A DNA stretch of 63,623 nt, counting the filler, from Octopus bimaculoides (Eukaryota): the NCBI RefSeq assembly GCF_001194135.2. It is 10 parts of 9 records of this genome, joined end to end, with 100 filler letters (N's around TTAATTAATTAA, not from the genome) between each part and the next. Parts side by side here need not be neighbours in the genome. Positions count along the whole stretch, not along the records: positions 12,773 to 22,225 come from NC_068984.1; positions 22,326 to 29,243 come from NC_068981.1; 8 more parts are not named here. The stretch is one strand, 5' to 3'. The notes beneath the pieces are model-generated. The model did no database searches. It saw only the letters and a program-made list of their open reading frames with translations, and was not told where the DNA came from. The stretch's first letter is position 1; each line of letters begins with the position of its first letter. The position numbers and the translations under genes were made by a program. This document shows, piece by piece, positions 12,673 through 24,611 of the stretch.

Positions 12673-13611
12673 NNNNNNNNNNNNNNNNNNNNNNNNNNNN
12701 NNNNNNNNNNNNNNNNTTAATTAATTAANNNNNNNNNNNNNNNNNNNNNNNNNNNNNNNNNNNNNNNNNNNNAAAATGGTGCATCAACATCTTCTGCCCA
12801 ATCTGATAGAATTCTGGCAAAACTGTGTAGCAACAGATCGCCAGCAATTGCTTCATCAGAAATTGCCGTCCTAGCTCCTGCTAAAAGGGATTACCCTGCT
12901 ATGTATAATCAGGGCAGCGCAAAAAGTTGTTTTGCACAAGCATTTCTATAGCCAATTAGACGGATGAAATTTATGTATGCTTAATATTTTTACGCAAAAC
13001 AGCCTTCAGACTTTCCCTATTAATTTCATCGTCTTTTGAATTATGAACATATTTACATCATAAGGGTTTTTTCGTTGTAAGGCTTTCTTTTTTAGTTGAT
13101 TTTCAGCTAGCAAGACTTATCGTAGATGGCGTAATAAGTCGCACCCGGACAAGGTCTGGTTATACTGCTAGTAGTTTATAAAAATTCTAGCAGTATTTGC
13201 TTATTATTGTTTAAAAGAAAAAAGTTAACAATTTCTGAGTGATGTTTGCATAAAAAACTTTACCAGGAAGAATATAGAGCGTCCTCTGCAGGCAGAGAGA
13301 AGAACAAGGTCAGCAAGTGTTGATAAATCGATTGTCTTCTAAAGCAACGCAGGGTTGAAAATCTATATGTGACCATCACGTGCCGCAGAATTTGAGTGGA
13401 ATACACATGCTTGGGTTAACTGATCAATGCTTGTTTTTTTAATATTAACAATACTCTATAAAATAGTAGTTATCTGTGGAACATACTGGTCATGCAGAAT
13501 CTGGGTACTTCCTAAAAACAGCTGCCAAATTTGTTTATTACATACATACGTGATACGTATACATACATACATACATACATACATACATACGTGTGTGTGT
13601 GTGTGTGTGTG

Positions 13612-13791
13612 TGTACCTGTATTTCAAAGGGCCGGCCTTGTCACACTCTGTGTCACGCTGAATCTCCTCGATAACTACGTTAAGGGTACACGTGTCTGTG
13701 GAGTTCTCAGCCACTTGCACCTTAATTTCACGAGCAGGCCGTTCCGTTGATCGGATCATCTGAAACCCATGTCGCCGTAACCAACGGAGTG
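13612..13791 (+). mobile_element. SINE family A, 3' half
   Basis: actacgttaagggtacacgtgtctgtggag..ctcagccacttgcac.ttaatttcacgagcagg matches the copies at 14115, 40444 and 57973. Confidence 0.9.
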
Positions 13792-14114
13792 CTACGTTCT
13801 ATATACATGAGTGTGTGGTGTGTGTGTGTGTGTGTGTGTGTGCGTACATGGTGGCCCTATTGTTTGCAATTCGGATTATGAATACTAAATCCTAAACCAG
13901 ATTTAAACATATTTCGGCCACTCGCCTTAATCGAAGAAAAAAGGAAAACATTTCTGAGTTAGAATTGCACAACTAAGGGTCACAAAATCAAATATAATTT
14001 ACATTTAGAAAACCACCCTTCTCGCTATAGAACAAAGAATAAATTATTTCATGTGTTGCGAAGTTTTACATACGAAGAATATTAATTATCTGGAGAAAAA
14101 TTACTACTAGGATA

Positions 14115-14488
14115 TTGTTGTTGTTGGCACTCCGTCGCTTACGACGTCGAGGCTTCCAGTTGATCCGATCAACGGAACAGCCTGCTCGTGAAATTAACGT
14201 GCAAGTGGCTGAGCACTCCACAGACACGTGTACCCTTAACGTAGTTCTCGGGATATTCAGCGTGACAAGGCTGACCCTTTGAAATACAGGTACAACAGAA
14301 ACAGAAAGTAAGAGTGAGAGAAAGTTGTGGTGAAAGAGTACAGCAGGGTTCGCCACCATTACCTGCTGGATCCACGTGCAGCTCTGTGTTTTCGCTCAAT
14401 AAACACTTACAACGGCCGGTCTGGGAATAGAAACCGCGATCCTACGACCGCGAGTCCGCTGCCCTAACCACTGGGCCATTGCGCCTCC
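14115..14488 (-). mobile_element. SINE family A, full length, with tRNA-derived head and (CAA)n tail
   Basis: Reverse complement starts ggaggcgcaatggcccagtggttaggg (A box TGGCCCAGTGG), has a B-box-like ggtttctattccc and ends gagtgccaacaacaaca. Confidence 0.95.
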
Positions 14489-14926
14489 ACCAAATATAAT
14501 ACCACCTGAACCAACATTTTTGTTCTCTTCAAATCAGAGCAGTGTGCAGCATCTTAAATCAAGCTGCATAGACTCTTAACCAGATGAACAAACTGGATAC
14601 AAATTGAAAACCGATTGCGAGACAGCCGTGCAGCAGAAACATGTGTCGGACAGACTTGAATTAAACATACTGTACAATAGACTCTAATAATAATAAAAAT
14701 GTGTAGATATATCATTCTCCTTATTCAATGAATTGTCTTAGTTTGTCTGTAAACTATTCATAATCCAGAGACGCGAATCCAGGTTTTACCCATTGAATGA
14801 AATACATTGGGATTGTTTTACCTCAAGTAATCCTAGGTTGTGCTTTACCATTCGATGTGATTAGCCATAACTTGGATTATAAAAGAGTGCTTGAACGGTA
14901 ACCGCCTGTATCTCTCNNNNNNNNNN

Positions 14927-14961
<35 letters not shown>

Positions 14962-15089
14962 CTTCAGGCAAAAGGTTTTATATATATATATATTTACTTC
15001 AGGCAAAAGGTTATAAAAGATCTCATCTCAAGCAGTGAAGTGTAACTCAAGCTTTCTCTTTTATCTTTTATTTACAACCGAAATCATAA

Positions 15090-15270
15090 CTTTGACGAGG
15101 TCGGGTGGTGTTCTAAAATTCCTGAGAGATAGCATGAGTATACGTCTTGCAGTCACCGAATGCATTATTCCCAGGCATTAATGTTAACCGATCTTTAACA
15201 ATTTTGATATATGGCATCGATCATTTTTTTCTCTTCTTCTTTTGCAATGTGGCTTCTTGCTGGCATGCGC
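15090..15270 (-). mobile_element. Possible decayed Tc1/Tc3-like transposase N-terminus
   Basis: MPARSHIAKEEEKKMIDAIY followed by stops; weak resemblance to Tc3-type HTH N-termini only. Confidence 0.25.
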
Positions 15271-15700
15271 TTCAAAAATAGATGTGTTTCAACTACATTA
15301 GCAATTTGTGAACGTGTGTAATCATATATTTGTTTTAGCTGTTTTGGGAACAAATTGGCTACTTATTTACTTGTACACACACACACACTTGCCAACTAAC
15401 GTATATCTATAAAAACAAACATTACTTGCATTAAATACTGCTTCTTAATCGTCTTGTTTCTTTTTTAGAGCGTTTTAAAAACAGATAAGGATTCGTCTCA
15501 AATAATATTTTACTTAATAGGCAAGTTTCATAGTTTATACATGTTGAATGCTGTCAGTGAACCCTAGGGTTCTTTAGGGTTCGGTTTTTCTCTCCTATTC
15601 TCTTCTTTCAATACAGCAATGAAGTGTTTACTGCAAATCGAACAACGCTCACTCTTATACAAATGCCACTGCGATTCATTCATCTCTCTCTATGACTGAG

Positions 15701-15871
15701 GATCTCTTCCGGTGGGTGCACATTCTTACCATAGCCACAACTGCGTCCCAAGTACTAGCCCTTCTTTTTAGGGTCAGAAGTTATTTCACCCCCATACTAC
15801 CCTGCCAACCACTGCTGACGTTCTACAAGGATCAAGTCATTCCTACAGTGGAGTACTGTCCACATATTTAG
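15701..15871 (+). mobile_element. CR1/L2-group LINE fragment, downstream of the RT core
   Basis: DLFRWVHILTIATTASQVLALLFRVRSYFTP...LLTFYKDQVIPTVEYCPHI* matches the HIxxIAxxASxxLxxLxR...LYKAQIRPxMEYCSHIW pattern. Confidence 0.8.
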
Positions 15872-16044
15872 ACTTGAAACACCAATCATGTTGTGTATTT
15901 GAGCCTGAAAGTTTCCTTGAGGGACAAAGCACGATATACAAATCTGCTGAATAATTGTGTATCCACAGCATGAAACTGTTAGTAGCTCGTATTTAGATAT
16001 TGTGCATATAAAACTGTATATGTGTATATATGTCAGTGTGTATA

Positions 16045-16082
<38 letters not shown>

Positions 16083-16100
16083 ACATATTCTATTCTTTTA

Positions 16101-16346
16101 TTCTTTTACTTGTTTCAGTCATTTGACTGCGGCCATGCTGGAGCACCGCCTTTAGTCGAACAAATCGACCCCGGGACTTATTCTTTGTAAGCCTTGTACT
16201 TATTCTATCTGTCTCTTTTGCCGAACCGCTAAGTTACGGGGATGTAAACACAGCAACATCGGTTGTCAAGCGATGATGATGGGACAAACACAGACACACA
16301 AACATTACTTGTTTCAGTCATTTGACTGCAACCATACTGGAGCACC
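16101..16346 (-). mobile_element. SINE family C 3' half plus a second partial tail copy (16306-16346)
   Basis: ttacttgtttcagtcatttgactgc.gccat.ctggagcacc occurs twice; well-preserved body. Confidence 0.92.
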
Positions 16347-16366
16347 TCATTAATACTGTATGCATG

Positions 16367-16424
<58 letters not shown>

Positions 16425-17597
16425 TACATGTATGTATGTATATGCATATATACACCCACACATATAAAAGACAATATTTTATTTTGTTCTACAATGCCAC
16501 CATCCAGACGTCAGATTAGTGTATGTGTAAAGGTATTTAAATGTGTTTTGTTGCTTTCTGATGAGTATAATGTGATGGTGTTACGCGGTTGCTACCAGGA
16601 ATGTGTCTGCGTGTGATTGCTGTGAATGTGTGTGCATACTTTATTGTTGCGTTACTATGTCTCTTCCAAATTTGGTGTCTGCTGATTGGTCCTTTTGTAT
16701 ATGAATGTGTATGTGTAAGTATTTCATTGTATGTTTGCGTCTTTTGTTTACGTATTTGTCTTATATTTCAATATGTGTGCGATAGTGACAGTTTTGGAAG
16801 AGTGTGTGTGTATGTGTGTGTTTGTCTGTGCGTGCATGTGTTTATTATTTTGGCGGTTTGGTTTTGTCTGTGTGATATGGAAGGTTTATCAATGGCTGTG
16901 TGTGCATTTATAGCGTGTGTATGTGCATGCGAGAGAAAGGCAACCCTTTTGAGTATACTAATATTCCGTTGTAGAGGATGTACGTAATGCTTAAATGCTG
17001 TATGTAGGTTTGTGTGTATATGTATATGTTCGTATGTGTGTATGAGTTGCTGATGCACAAGTTAAAGAAAAAGAGAGTAGTGATTAAGTCCATTTAATGT
17101 TCGGAGGAGGAAGATGAGACCTTATAAGCGTTGGAGACGAGTGTTCAGGAAATAAGCCGAATATGGAGAGCTGTCAGGTGAAATAATCCGCACAGATAAA
17201 TAAAGTATACGTTGCCGGTTAAGCGGGGTCGGGTCGGTATTCTAGGCTGAAGAGTAATATGGTGATCGGTAAATATAGGTTGTTTTATTTTCTAATATGT
17301 GTTGTATATTGTGTCTGTATATATAATGAGAGTGGCATATGGATACAGGATGCTTTATGTTAATAAAATTTTATATTAAGCAGTAATTAACTAAGTCTAA
17401 TTAATCTAAGTAGTTACTTGCGTACAAAGCATTTGTCGGTGCATATGTGTATAAAATGTTTTTGTTTCGGAAATATATGTAACTGCGTACACACATCTGT
17501 TATGTAAAGTGTCGATACACACACCTCACCCATGCTCAGACACACACACACATACACACAAATACACACACATACACACATACATATATATATTTTT

Positions 17598-17995
17598 ATC
17601 TTTTACTTGTTTCGGTCATTAGATTGTGGTCATGCTGGGGCACCGACTTGAAGAATTTATCATGTCCTCTATACACGCGCGCACACACACACACATATAT
17701 ATATAGAGAGAGAGAGAATATATGCATACATATGTAATATGCCTGTAATACATTAACTCATACACATATTATACATGAATTCCTGTATTTTGTGAAACTA
17801 ATTCGGGATGGGCAGAGCAGAAACTCCTTTCGTCAAGAGTCAACTGGGTCAGAACACCAGCCAGCAGCCGAATCCCTACCGTCTTAATGAATGACACATT
17901 TTATTAAGTCTGGTACTTATAATATACGTTCTTGCCGAACCACTAAGTTATGGGCACGTAGACACATCAACATCCGTTGTCAAGTGGTGGTGAGA
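17598..17995 (-). mobile_element. SINE family C fragments (17598-17658 and 17905-17995) separated by other sequence
   Basis: Tail block and ggtactta..ttgccgaacc.ctaagtta..gtaga cac.caacatc.gttgtcaag block. Confidence 0.7.
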
Positions 17996-18310
17996 TATAT
18001 TAAGTGTGTGTGCATGTGTACACACACAGACGCAGTCACACACACACACACATGCACACACCCACACCCACACACACATGTATAAATCCCAAATTTTATT
18101 TTGGGACTTATGGGAACAACTGCTTTCAAAGACTCATATTGTCATTCAATGCTCGAAATGAGGAGTAGATAGACAGCCGACAACTGATGAAGGGTGGTTC
18201 TTTATGTTACTTGTCCTGCTTTCCATTTGTTTCTCTCGTTGTTTGCGCATTGAACTCATTTGTTTTCGTATTTCATGTTGTTTACTGCTGGTGACGTCCT
18301 GTACCCATAT

Positions 18311-18404
18311 ATGCATACATATATATTATTTATATTATATATATATACATATATATTATTTATATTATATATATATACATATATATTATTTATATTATAT
18401 ATAT
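18311..18404. repeat. 30-bp AT-rich minisatellite, about 3 units
   Basis: catatatattatttatattatatatatata repeated. Confidence 0.8.
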
Positions 18405-18497
18405 NNNNNNNNNNNNNNNNNNNNNNNNNNNNNNNNNNNNNNNNNNNNNNNNNNNNNNNNNNNNNNNNNNNNNNNNNNNNNNNNNNNNNNNNNNNNN

Positions 18498-18550
<53 letters not shown>

Positions 18551-18879
18551 TGCATGTATGTATGTGTGCATGGATGAATGGATGAATGCCTATATATATA
18601 TTGACACACATATATATGTATGCATATATATATAGGAAATAAGCTACTCTTATAGGGATGTAAGGCATCCAAATTTTCACTGGTTAACTCTTCAATACCC
18701 AACATATAATATTTAGTAGAAAAATTTCTCCAATATAAAAATATAAATGAGTGTATATATACAATATACAATGATAAAAGAAAAAATGGAGAGTTGAAAT
18801 TGACGTATGTTAATTTATTAGCATAATGTTATATCAGTATTACAATAATATAAAAATATAGAAATAAATATCAATACAA

Positions 18880-18975
18880 TACCTACAGCTGTTTCGACTG
18901 AAACCTTAAAACCAACAACACGTTTATAAAATTCATATTATGGAAATATTTTTGGGTAAGAATCTCATCAGGGTA
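18880..18975 (-). ncRNA. Type I hammerhead ribozyme (Penelope-like/retrozyme type) with palindromic stem III and a 61-nt loop 2
   Basis: Minus strand: uacc (18975-72), CUGAUGA (18971-65), gauu (18964-61), loop, aguc (18899-96), GAA, ACAGCUGU, A17 (18884), ggua (18883-80). Stem I has 4 bp, stem II has 4 bp including G10.1-C11.1, and the core is complete. Confidence 0.8.
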
Positions 18976-19205
18976 ACGGATGAAAATCACATATGACAAG
19001 TTTAAAATCGCAAAAACAGACTGCTGAATCAATATATGTTTATATACATACATACATACATACATATATATACACACACACACATATATATACATAAATA
19101 TATACAACCACACACACAGAAGACAGTATAAATAATAGTCATTTCATATTTTTCTTCATTGAAATAAATTTGTCTTACAATATATACGAGTGTGTGTATG
19201 TGTGC

Positions 19206-19247
<42 letters not shown>

Positions 19248-19400
19248 AGCATACAGCATGTTCTAACCACTCGTCATGCAACAGGTGCGGCTGTACCCAC
19301 AGCATGAACCAGGTACAGCTATACCTGCAGCAACCATTCAACGGCTGTTCTTATTTGGCGTTACATGCCTAGGATTCCTCCTTTGATCTCTCACCGCCTG

Positions 19401-19454
<54 letters not shown>

Positions 19455-19845
19455 ACATACTCACACACGTGCGAGCGCGTATGAACATGCGCATGTCAGT
19501 ATGTGAATAAGTACATGTGTGAATAAATACATATGCATGTGTTTGTGTACGTGCATATGTGCACGTATCTGCATACCCGTACACGTATTTATGTGTATGT
19601 ATGTATGAATGCATGCATGCATGCATGTGTATATCTAAATATTTGTGTGCAATATGTATGTATGTATGTGTGGACGTAAGTATGTGTATATCTAAGTAAT
19701 TGCATTCAGTACGTACGTATGCATGTATATATATATATATATATATGCATGTATGTATGTATGTATGTATGTATGTATGTATGTATGTATGTATGTATAT
19801 ACGTGCATATGTATGTATGTATGTATGAATGTATGCCATTCTTCA

Positions 19846-19925
19846 GTTTTATTTCAAGAATTCTTGCCGAGAGAGAAAGAGCCGGTTTCTAACCTAGAAC
19901 CAAGGCTCCTTCATTGGAGCTTCAA
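19846..19925 (-). mobile_element. Unclassified repeat family D, copy 1
   Basis: agagaaagagccgg.t.ctaac.taga..caaggctccttcattgga is shared with 20930-21030; both sit next to (TATG)n. Confidence 0.7.
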
Positions 19926-19939
19926 GAAATGGATCAACA

Positions 19940-20172
19940 GGCGGTGAGCTGGTAGAATCGTCAGCACGCCGGGCGAAATGCTTAGCGGTATTTCGTCTGT
20001 CTTTATGTTCTGAGTTCAAATTCCGCCGAGGTCGACTTTACCTTTCATCCTTTCGCGGTCGATAAATGAAGTACCAGTTACGCACTGGGGTTGATGTAAT
20101 CGACTTAATCCGTTTGTCTGTCTTTGTTTGTCCCCTCTATGTTTAGCCCCTTGTGGGCAATAAAGAAGTAAG
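19940..20172 (+). mobile_element. SINE family B, full length
   Basis: ggcggtgagctggtagaatcg...gagttcaaattccgccgaggtcgacttta cctttcatcctttc...cttgtgggcaataaagaa. Confidence 0.95.
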
Positions 20173-20308
20173 AATAACTATCATGCTGAAATACATACGG
20201 AAATCGATATTATCGATTAATGATTAGTGGTGGTGGTATCCCAGCAGGGTCATACCATAATGATTAAAACAAGTACAAGAATATACACATACTTGCATAT
20301 ATATATGT

Positions 20309-20648
20309 ATGCTGGAGCACAGCGTTTAGTCGAACAAATCAACCCCAGAACTTTTTTGTAAGCCTAGTACTTATTCTATCGGTGGCTTTCGCAGAACCGT
20401 TATAATTACGGAAACTGAAAGAAGCCCGTCATATATATACAAGCGATGGTGGTGGGGACAAACACACACACACAAACACACACACACAAACACACACACA
20501 CATACATATATATACGACAGGCTTCTGTCAGTTTCCGTCTACCAAATCCACTCAAGGCTTTGGTCGGCCCGAGGCTATAGTAGAAGACACTTGACCAAGG
20601 TACCACGCATTGGGACTGGACTCGGAACCATGTGGTTGGTAAGCAAGT
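20309..20648 (-). mobile_element. SINE family C (CORE-like domain, internal microsatellite) with an internal inverted segment
   Basis: Reverse complement has head ...ccacatggttccgagtccagtcccaatgcgtggtaccttggtcaagtgtcttctactatagcc; the cttgg.caagt block resembles the CORE domain of CORE-SINEs (from memory). Confidence 0.9.
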
Positions 20649-20929
20649 GTGAGCAAACATGTTTGCATGTTTGTATGTACGCGTTACATGTTGTACACTG
20701 TATTTACAGCGTATGTGTAAATATCACACAATATTACATTTTATTTGTGAATGATTTAACTAGGTTTTTCTTTCACAATGTTGATTATAGAAACATCATC
20801 GTCATCATCATCAGCATAACCCGGAACCATGTGGCTGGGAAGCGAACGGCTTACCACACAGCCTATGCATGTATGTATATATGTACGTGTCTGTGTGTAT
20901 GTATGTATGTATGTATGTATGTTATCAAT

Positions 20930-21030
20930 CAGTTTCATTTCTGTATTTCTTGTCCATAGAGAAAGAGCCGGACTCTAACATAGATTCAAGGCTCCTTCAT
21001 TGGAACTTTTATCAACATCATCTAGGTATT
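20930..21030 (-). mobile_element. Unclassified repeat family D, copy 2
   Basis: Homologous to 19846-19925. Confidence 0.7.
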
Positions 21031-21204
21031 TGTGCATATGTGTGTGTGTGTGCAGTATTTGGTGTTAGTGTATGCGCAGATTTGTATGTCTGTTTTATGG
21101 ATGCGTTTTTATGTCTAGATGCATGCATATGTATTTATGTGCTAAATTTTTGGAAAGTTTTACATATCTTTACAGTTCCATTGATGGCTTGAATCTGTAG
21201 TCTT

Positions 21205-21335
21205 CTAATCAGCCTTTTTCTTTCAGGTTTTGAGAACCCTAATTTTTCCAGGTTTTTGTTGAGGCAGTTTGTTACATACCCCCAATGCCCCAACAATCAC
21301 GGGTATGAATCTGAACTTGTAGTCTGGGTATGTAC
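21205..21335 (-). mobile_element. C-terminal fragment of an RLE-type (R4/NeSL-like) non-LTR retrotransposon
   Basis: LRTYPDYKFRFIPVIVGALG then, after a frameshift, YVTNCLNKNLEKLGF; the PVIVGALG motif matches the RLE C-termini at 34100 and 44060. Confidence 0.65.
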
Positions 21336-21936
21336 GTAAGGATGAATGGAAGGATGTATTTATGTGTGCAATGTATGTATATATGTAATGTATGTATATA
21401 TGAATGTATATATGTAATGTATGTATGTACGTGTTCCTTTGCTTGTTGCGGCCATGCTGGAGCTCGACCCCAAACAATTTTAGTCGATCAGATCAACTTC
21501 AGTTCTAATTTTCTGTCTAACAGTCATTCTATCGTCACTTTTTGCCAAATCTTCCAAGACTGGTTGTAAGGTGATGAGACACACCCATAGTCTTACACAC
21601 ACGCGCGCGAGCACACACACACACTCAATCTGAGAGAGTCAGAGGGAGGTGCATTTGTCTGCATGTAAATGCATTCGTTGATACTTACACACACACACAC
21701 ACACACACACACAATATAAGTGTTCATGTACATGTATGCAGAGATATGTATATACGTATGAGGGGGAAGGCAGAGAGAGAGAGAGAGGTGGGGAAGAGAG
21801 CGAAAATAAGAAAGAAAGAACGAAAGGAAGAAAGAAAGAAGGAAAGGAAGAGAAAGAGAGAAAGAAAGAAAACCGAAAGAGTGAGACAGATTGACAAGCA
21901 GGCAGACAGACACAGACACGTCTAGCTAGCTAGCTG

Positions 21937-21939
<3 letters not shown>

Positions 21940-22002
<63 letters not shown>

Positions 22003-22042
22003 CAGATAGGTAGGTAGATAGATAAATAGATAGATAGGTAGG

Positions 22043-22085
<43 letters not shown>

Positions 22086-22110
22086 GTAGCTGGATAGACA
22101 GACAGACAGA
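21940..22110. repeat. (GATA)n/(TAGG)n microsatellite
   Basis: Direct reading. Confidence 0.95.
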
Positions 22111-22439
22111 TAATAGACAGATATGTTTCTTTATTAGCCACACAGGGCTCAACATAGAAGGGACAAAATACAAATGTAGAGTTTTTCTTTTCGAGGGGGG
22201 CGAAAACAAAGCAGAAAAAAAAAAANNNNNNNNNNNNNNNNNNNNNNNNNNNNNNNNNNNNNNNNNNNNTTAATTAATTAANNNNNNNNNNNNNNNNNNN
22301 NNNNNNNNNNNNNNNNNNNNNNNNNTTCTCTCTTTCTCTCTCTCTCTGAAAGTATCTGTCATTACAGTATCAAAATGTGATTGTTTCAGTTAGTAGAATA
22401 GTTTCATTTTTAAAGTGAAAGTATTTGACATGAGTGTTT

Positions 22440-22672
22440 TTGTTTCACTTTTGACACGTAATACTTAAATAGTGGAGGAGATATTATGTTGCCGTGGGCT
22501 CGAACTCTGCAAGAAGTTAAAATTTTTTTTGACTAAAACACAACTGAAACCCTAAGTAAGGCATCTGTAAAATTTGAATGAAATTGGTTGCGTAGTTCTC
22601 GACTTTTAGGGATTCACACAGACAGACAGACAGACAGACAGACACACATTCTCATTTTTATATATATAGATA
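22440..22672 (+). mobile_element. Non-autonomous Helitron-like element 3' region with internal (CAGA)n
   Basis: aaatttgaatgaaattggttgcgtagttctcga...(caga)n...ttttatatatatagat resembles Lep1-type microsatellite-bearing Helitrons (from memory). Confidence 0.5.
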
Positions 22673-23362
22673 TATCATCCCTTTCTCTGTTTTGTATTTG
22701 TTATTGTAGCTGTTCGTTTTCTATATTAAAGCAATGTTTTAACTGTATATCTTCCTATGACACATTAACAGTTTTCAACGGCGCAAGTTATATTTTCTTG
22801 CTTTTCCACTTCCTCCCTTACAATGTATCATATAATGTTTAATATATCTAATGTTCATTTATTCTCCCCATACATCTCGTCACAGTTGTTTATGTAGACT
22901 ACTAATATTTGAGCAATCGGCAAATTGTCTATATACGCATAAACAGTTATATATATTGAATTAGACTTTTTAATAACTTTCTTCAATATCAGTCAGGTCA
23001 GGCATAAAATATAAATTATAAAGCATTCCGTATATACCGGGATATTAGCTAACTCGACTTGTAGGCAGAGGAGAACTTTTTAGGTCATAATCATTAGTTT
23101 TAACATTACTGACATATAAGTCGAGGGCATTGTTTAGCAATAACCGATCGATCGCCAGAATAATTTCAGGTTAAGAAATATAAATGAACTTTAACAGAAT
23201 CTTCGCAAATAATGAATTTACAGTCAAGTGGGTGTGTTTTATGTTCGAAATTCTATAGAAACCTGGAGAATTTCGATGACGTGATGTGACGAACTTTGCA
23301 TGTAAAACCGAAATGTGGGACGAACTATTGGTGTATTAAAGTAATATTAAGGTTATTACTAA

Positions 23363-23575
23363 GACGGCGAGCTGGCAGAATCATTAGCACGCCGGACAAG
23401 TTGCTTAGCGGCATTTTGTCCGTGTTTATGTTCTGGGTTCAAATTCCACCGAAGTCGACTTTGCCTTTTATAATTTTGAGGTCGATAAAATAAGTACAAG
23501 TCGATCACTAAGGTCGATGTAATCGACTTACTCCAACTCCCAAAACTGCTGCTCTCGTGCCAAAATTTGCAAGCA
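23363..23575 (+). mobile_element. SINE family B, full length, with a probable 20-bp TSD
   Basis: Family B head, body and tail; aatattaaggttattactaa (23343-62) vs aatattaagattattattaa (23575-94), 18/20. Confidence 0.88.
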
Positions 23576-23899
23576 ATATTAAGATTATTATTAAATTATG
23601 AATTTGAATAAATAAATGTAAATACACTTGGCTAATTTCTTAATTTTAGTCTAAGGTAATTAGTATCAACATTTCAATAAATTACAACAAATAAGTCCTT
23701 CTTGTTGTCTGTGGTTTAAAGTAATGACGATAGAAAAGACAACGATGACAGGTTATCAAAGATCTATTAAAACAAACAGCCACCTTTGTTGTCATGCGTT
23801 TCTATTATTATGAACAGGTGCCTCTCTAATTACAAATGGTCTGCAGGGAAACATACTGGTCTTTCTTGTTATAACAACCCCCAACAAGTTGCTGCAACC

Positions 23900-24550
23900 A
23901 CAACACAAATGAATGAAATACGAAGCGGGATTAAAACTGAAAGCCATACATTATGCCAAAGAATACAAAGACAGCGCCGTTTCCAGGAAGCCTATGATCA
24001 GCAAAAACAAGTTAGAGAATGGCGAAAAACTGAGGAAAATTTGAAAAAAGTGCCTGAAGGTAAGTGCACGAATAGGAGCCAGAGTCAAAGAAAGTTGCCA
24101 GAATTAAAGACAGCGAGACTAAAATGGGTAGAAGACCGAAGACAAGATGTCATGGCAGTGACACGGTCCCTCATCTGTCTTCTAGTACTGAAACGGGTTG
24201 ATAAGGACAAACAGCTGTTCGTAAACTTTAAAGCAACAACGGGCTGGTGATCAAGATTTATGAAGCGAGAGAATTTGCTACTGTGACAGAAAACCAAAAC
24301 AGTACAAAAATTAATGAAGGATCTCTGGTAAAAATAACCAAGTTCCAGAGTCTCATGATGCAGTCGTGAAAGGACTTGAATACAATCTCAGCCAAATTGC
24401 AAACATAGACGAAACATCAATGTCAGCAATAGAACGTTCAATATAAAAGGCGCAAAAGTGTACTCGTCAAGACAACAAGGTAAGAAAAACAAAATTTTTT
24501 CTTTTGCATTGACCTGCACAGCAGATGGATCAAAATTACATCCCTTATTT
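23900..24550 (+). mobile_element. Decayed pogo/Tigger-group transposase (CENP-B-type HTH and start of the DDE domain)
   Basis: QVREWRK..., KLPELKTARLKWVEDRRQD..AVTRSLI, FKATTGW*SRFMKR, IANIDETSM (first catalytic D), FALTCTADGSKLHP; stops and frameshifts present. Confidence 0.85.
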
Positions 24551-24611
24551 TCACATTTTATTTTTGCATCTTTACAATTTTATAATATTACACATAATTC
24601 ATTACAAATTA

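Noticed and set aside
14415-14488. tRNA genes at SINE heads (also 37203, 40444, 57973, 19940)
   Set aside because: A and B boxes are present, but there is no complete cloverleaf or acceptor stem and each continues into a repeat body; these are tRNA-derived SINE heads
14605-14650. gattgcgagacagc...gcagaaacatgtgtcgg as a hammerhead
   Set aside because: The GAAAC..GTC half fits, but the 5' core and stem II need several indels
14958-15012. Small tandem duplications (14958/14993; also 32408/32432 and 56138-56168)
   Set aside because: Ordinary slippage duplications with no further structure
18145-18310. CTGATGA at 18184 as a hammerhead core
   Set aside because: No downstream stem II plus GAAA could be paired; possibly part of a decayed repeat, but unsupported
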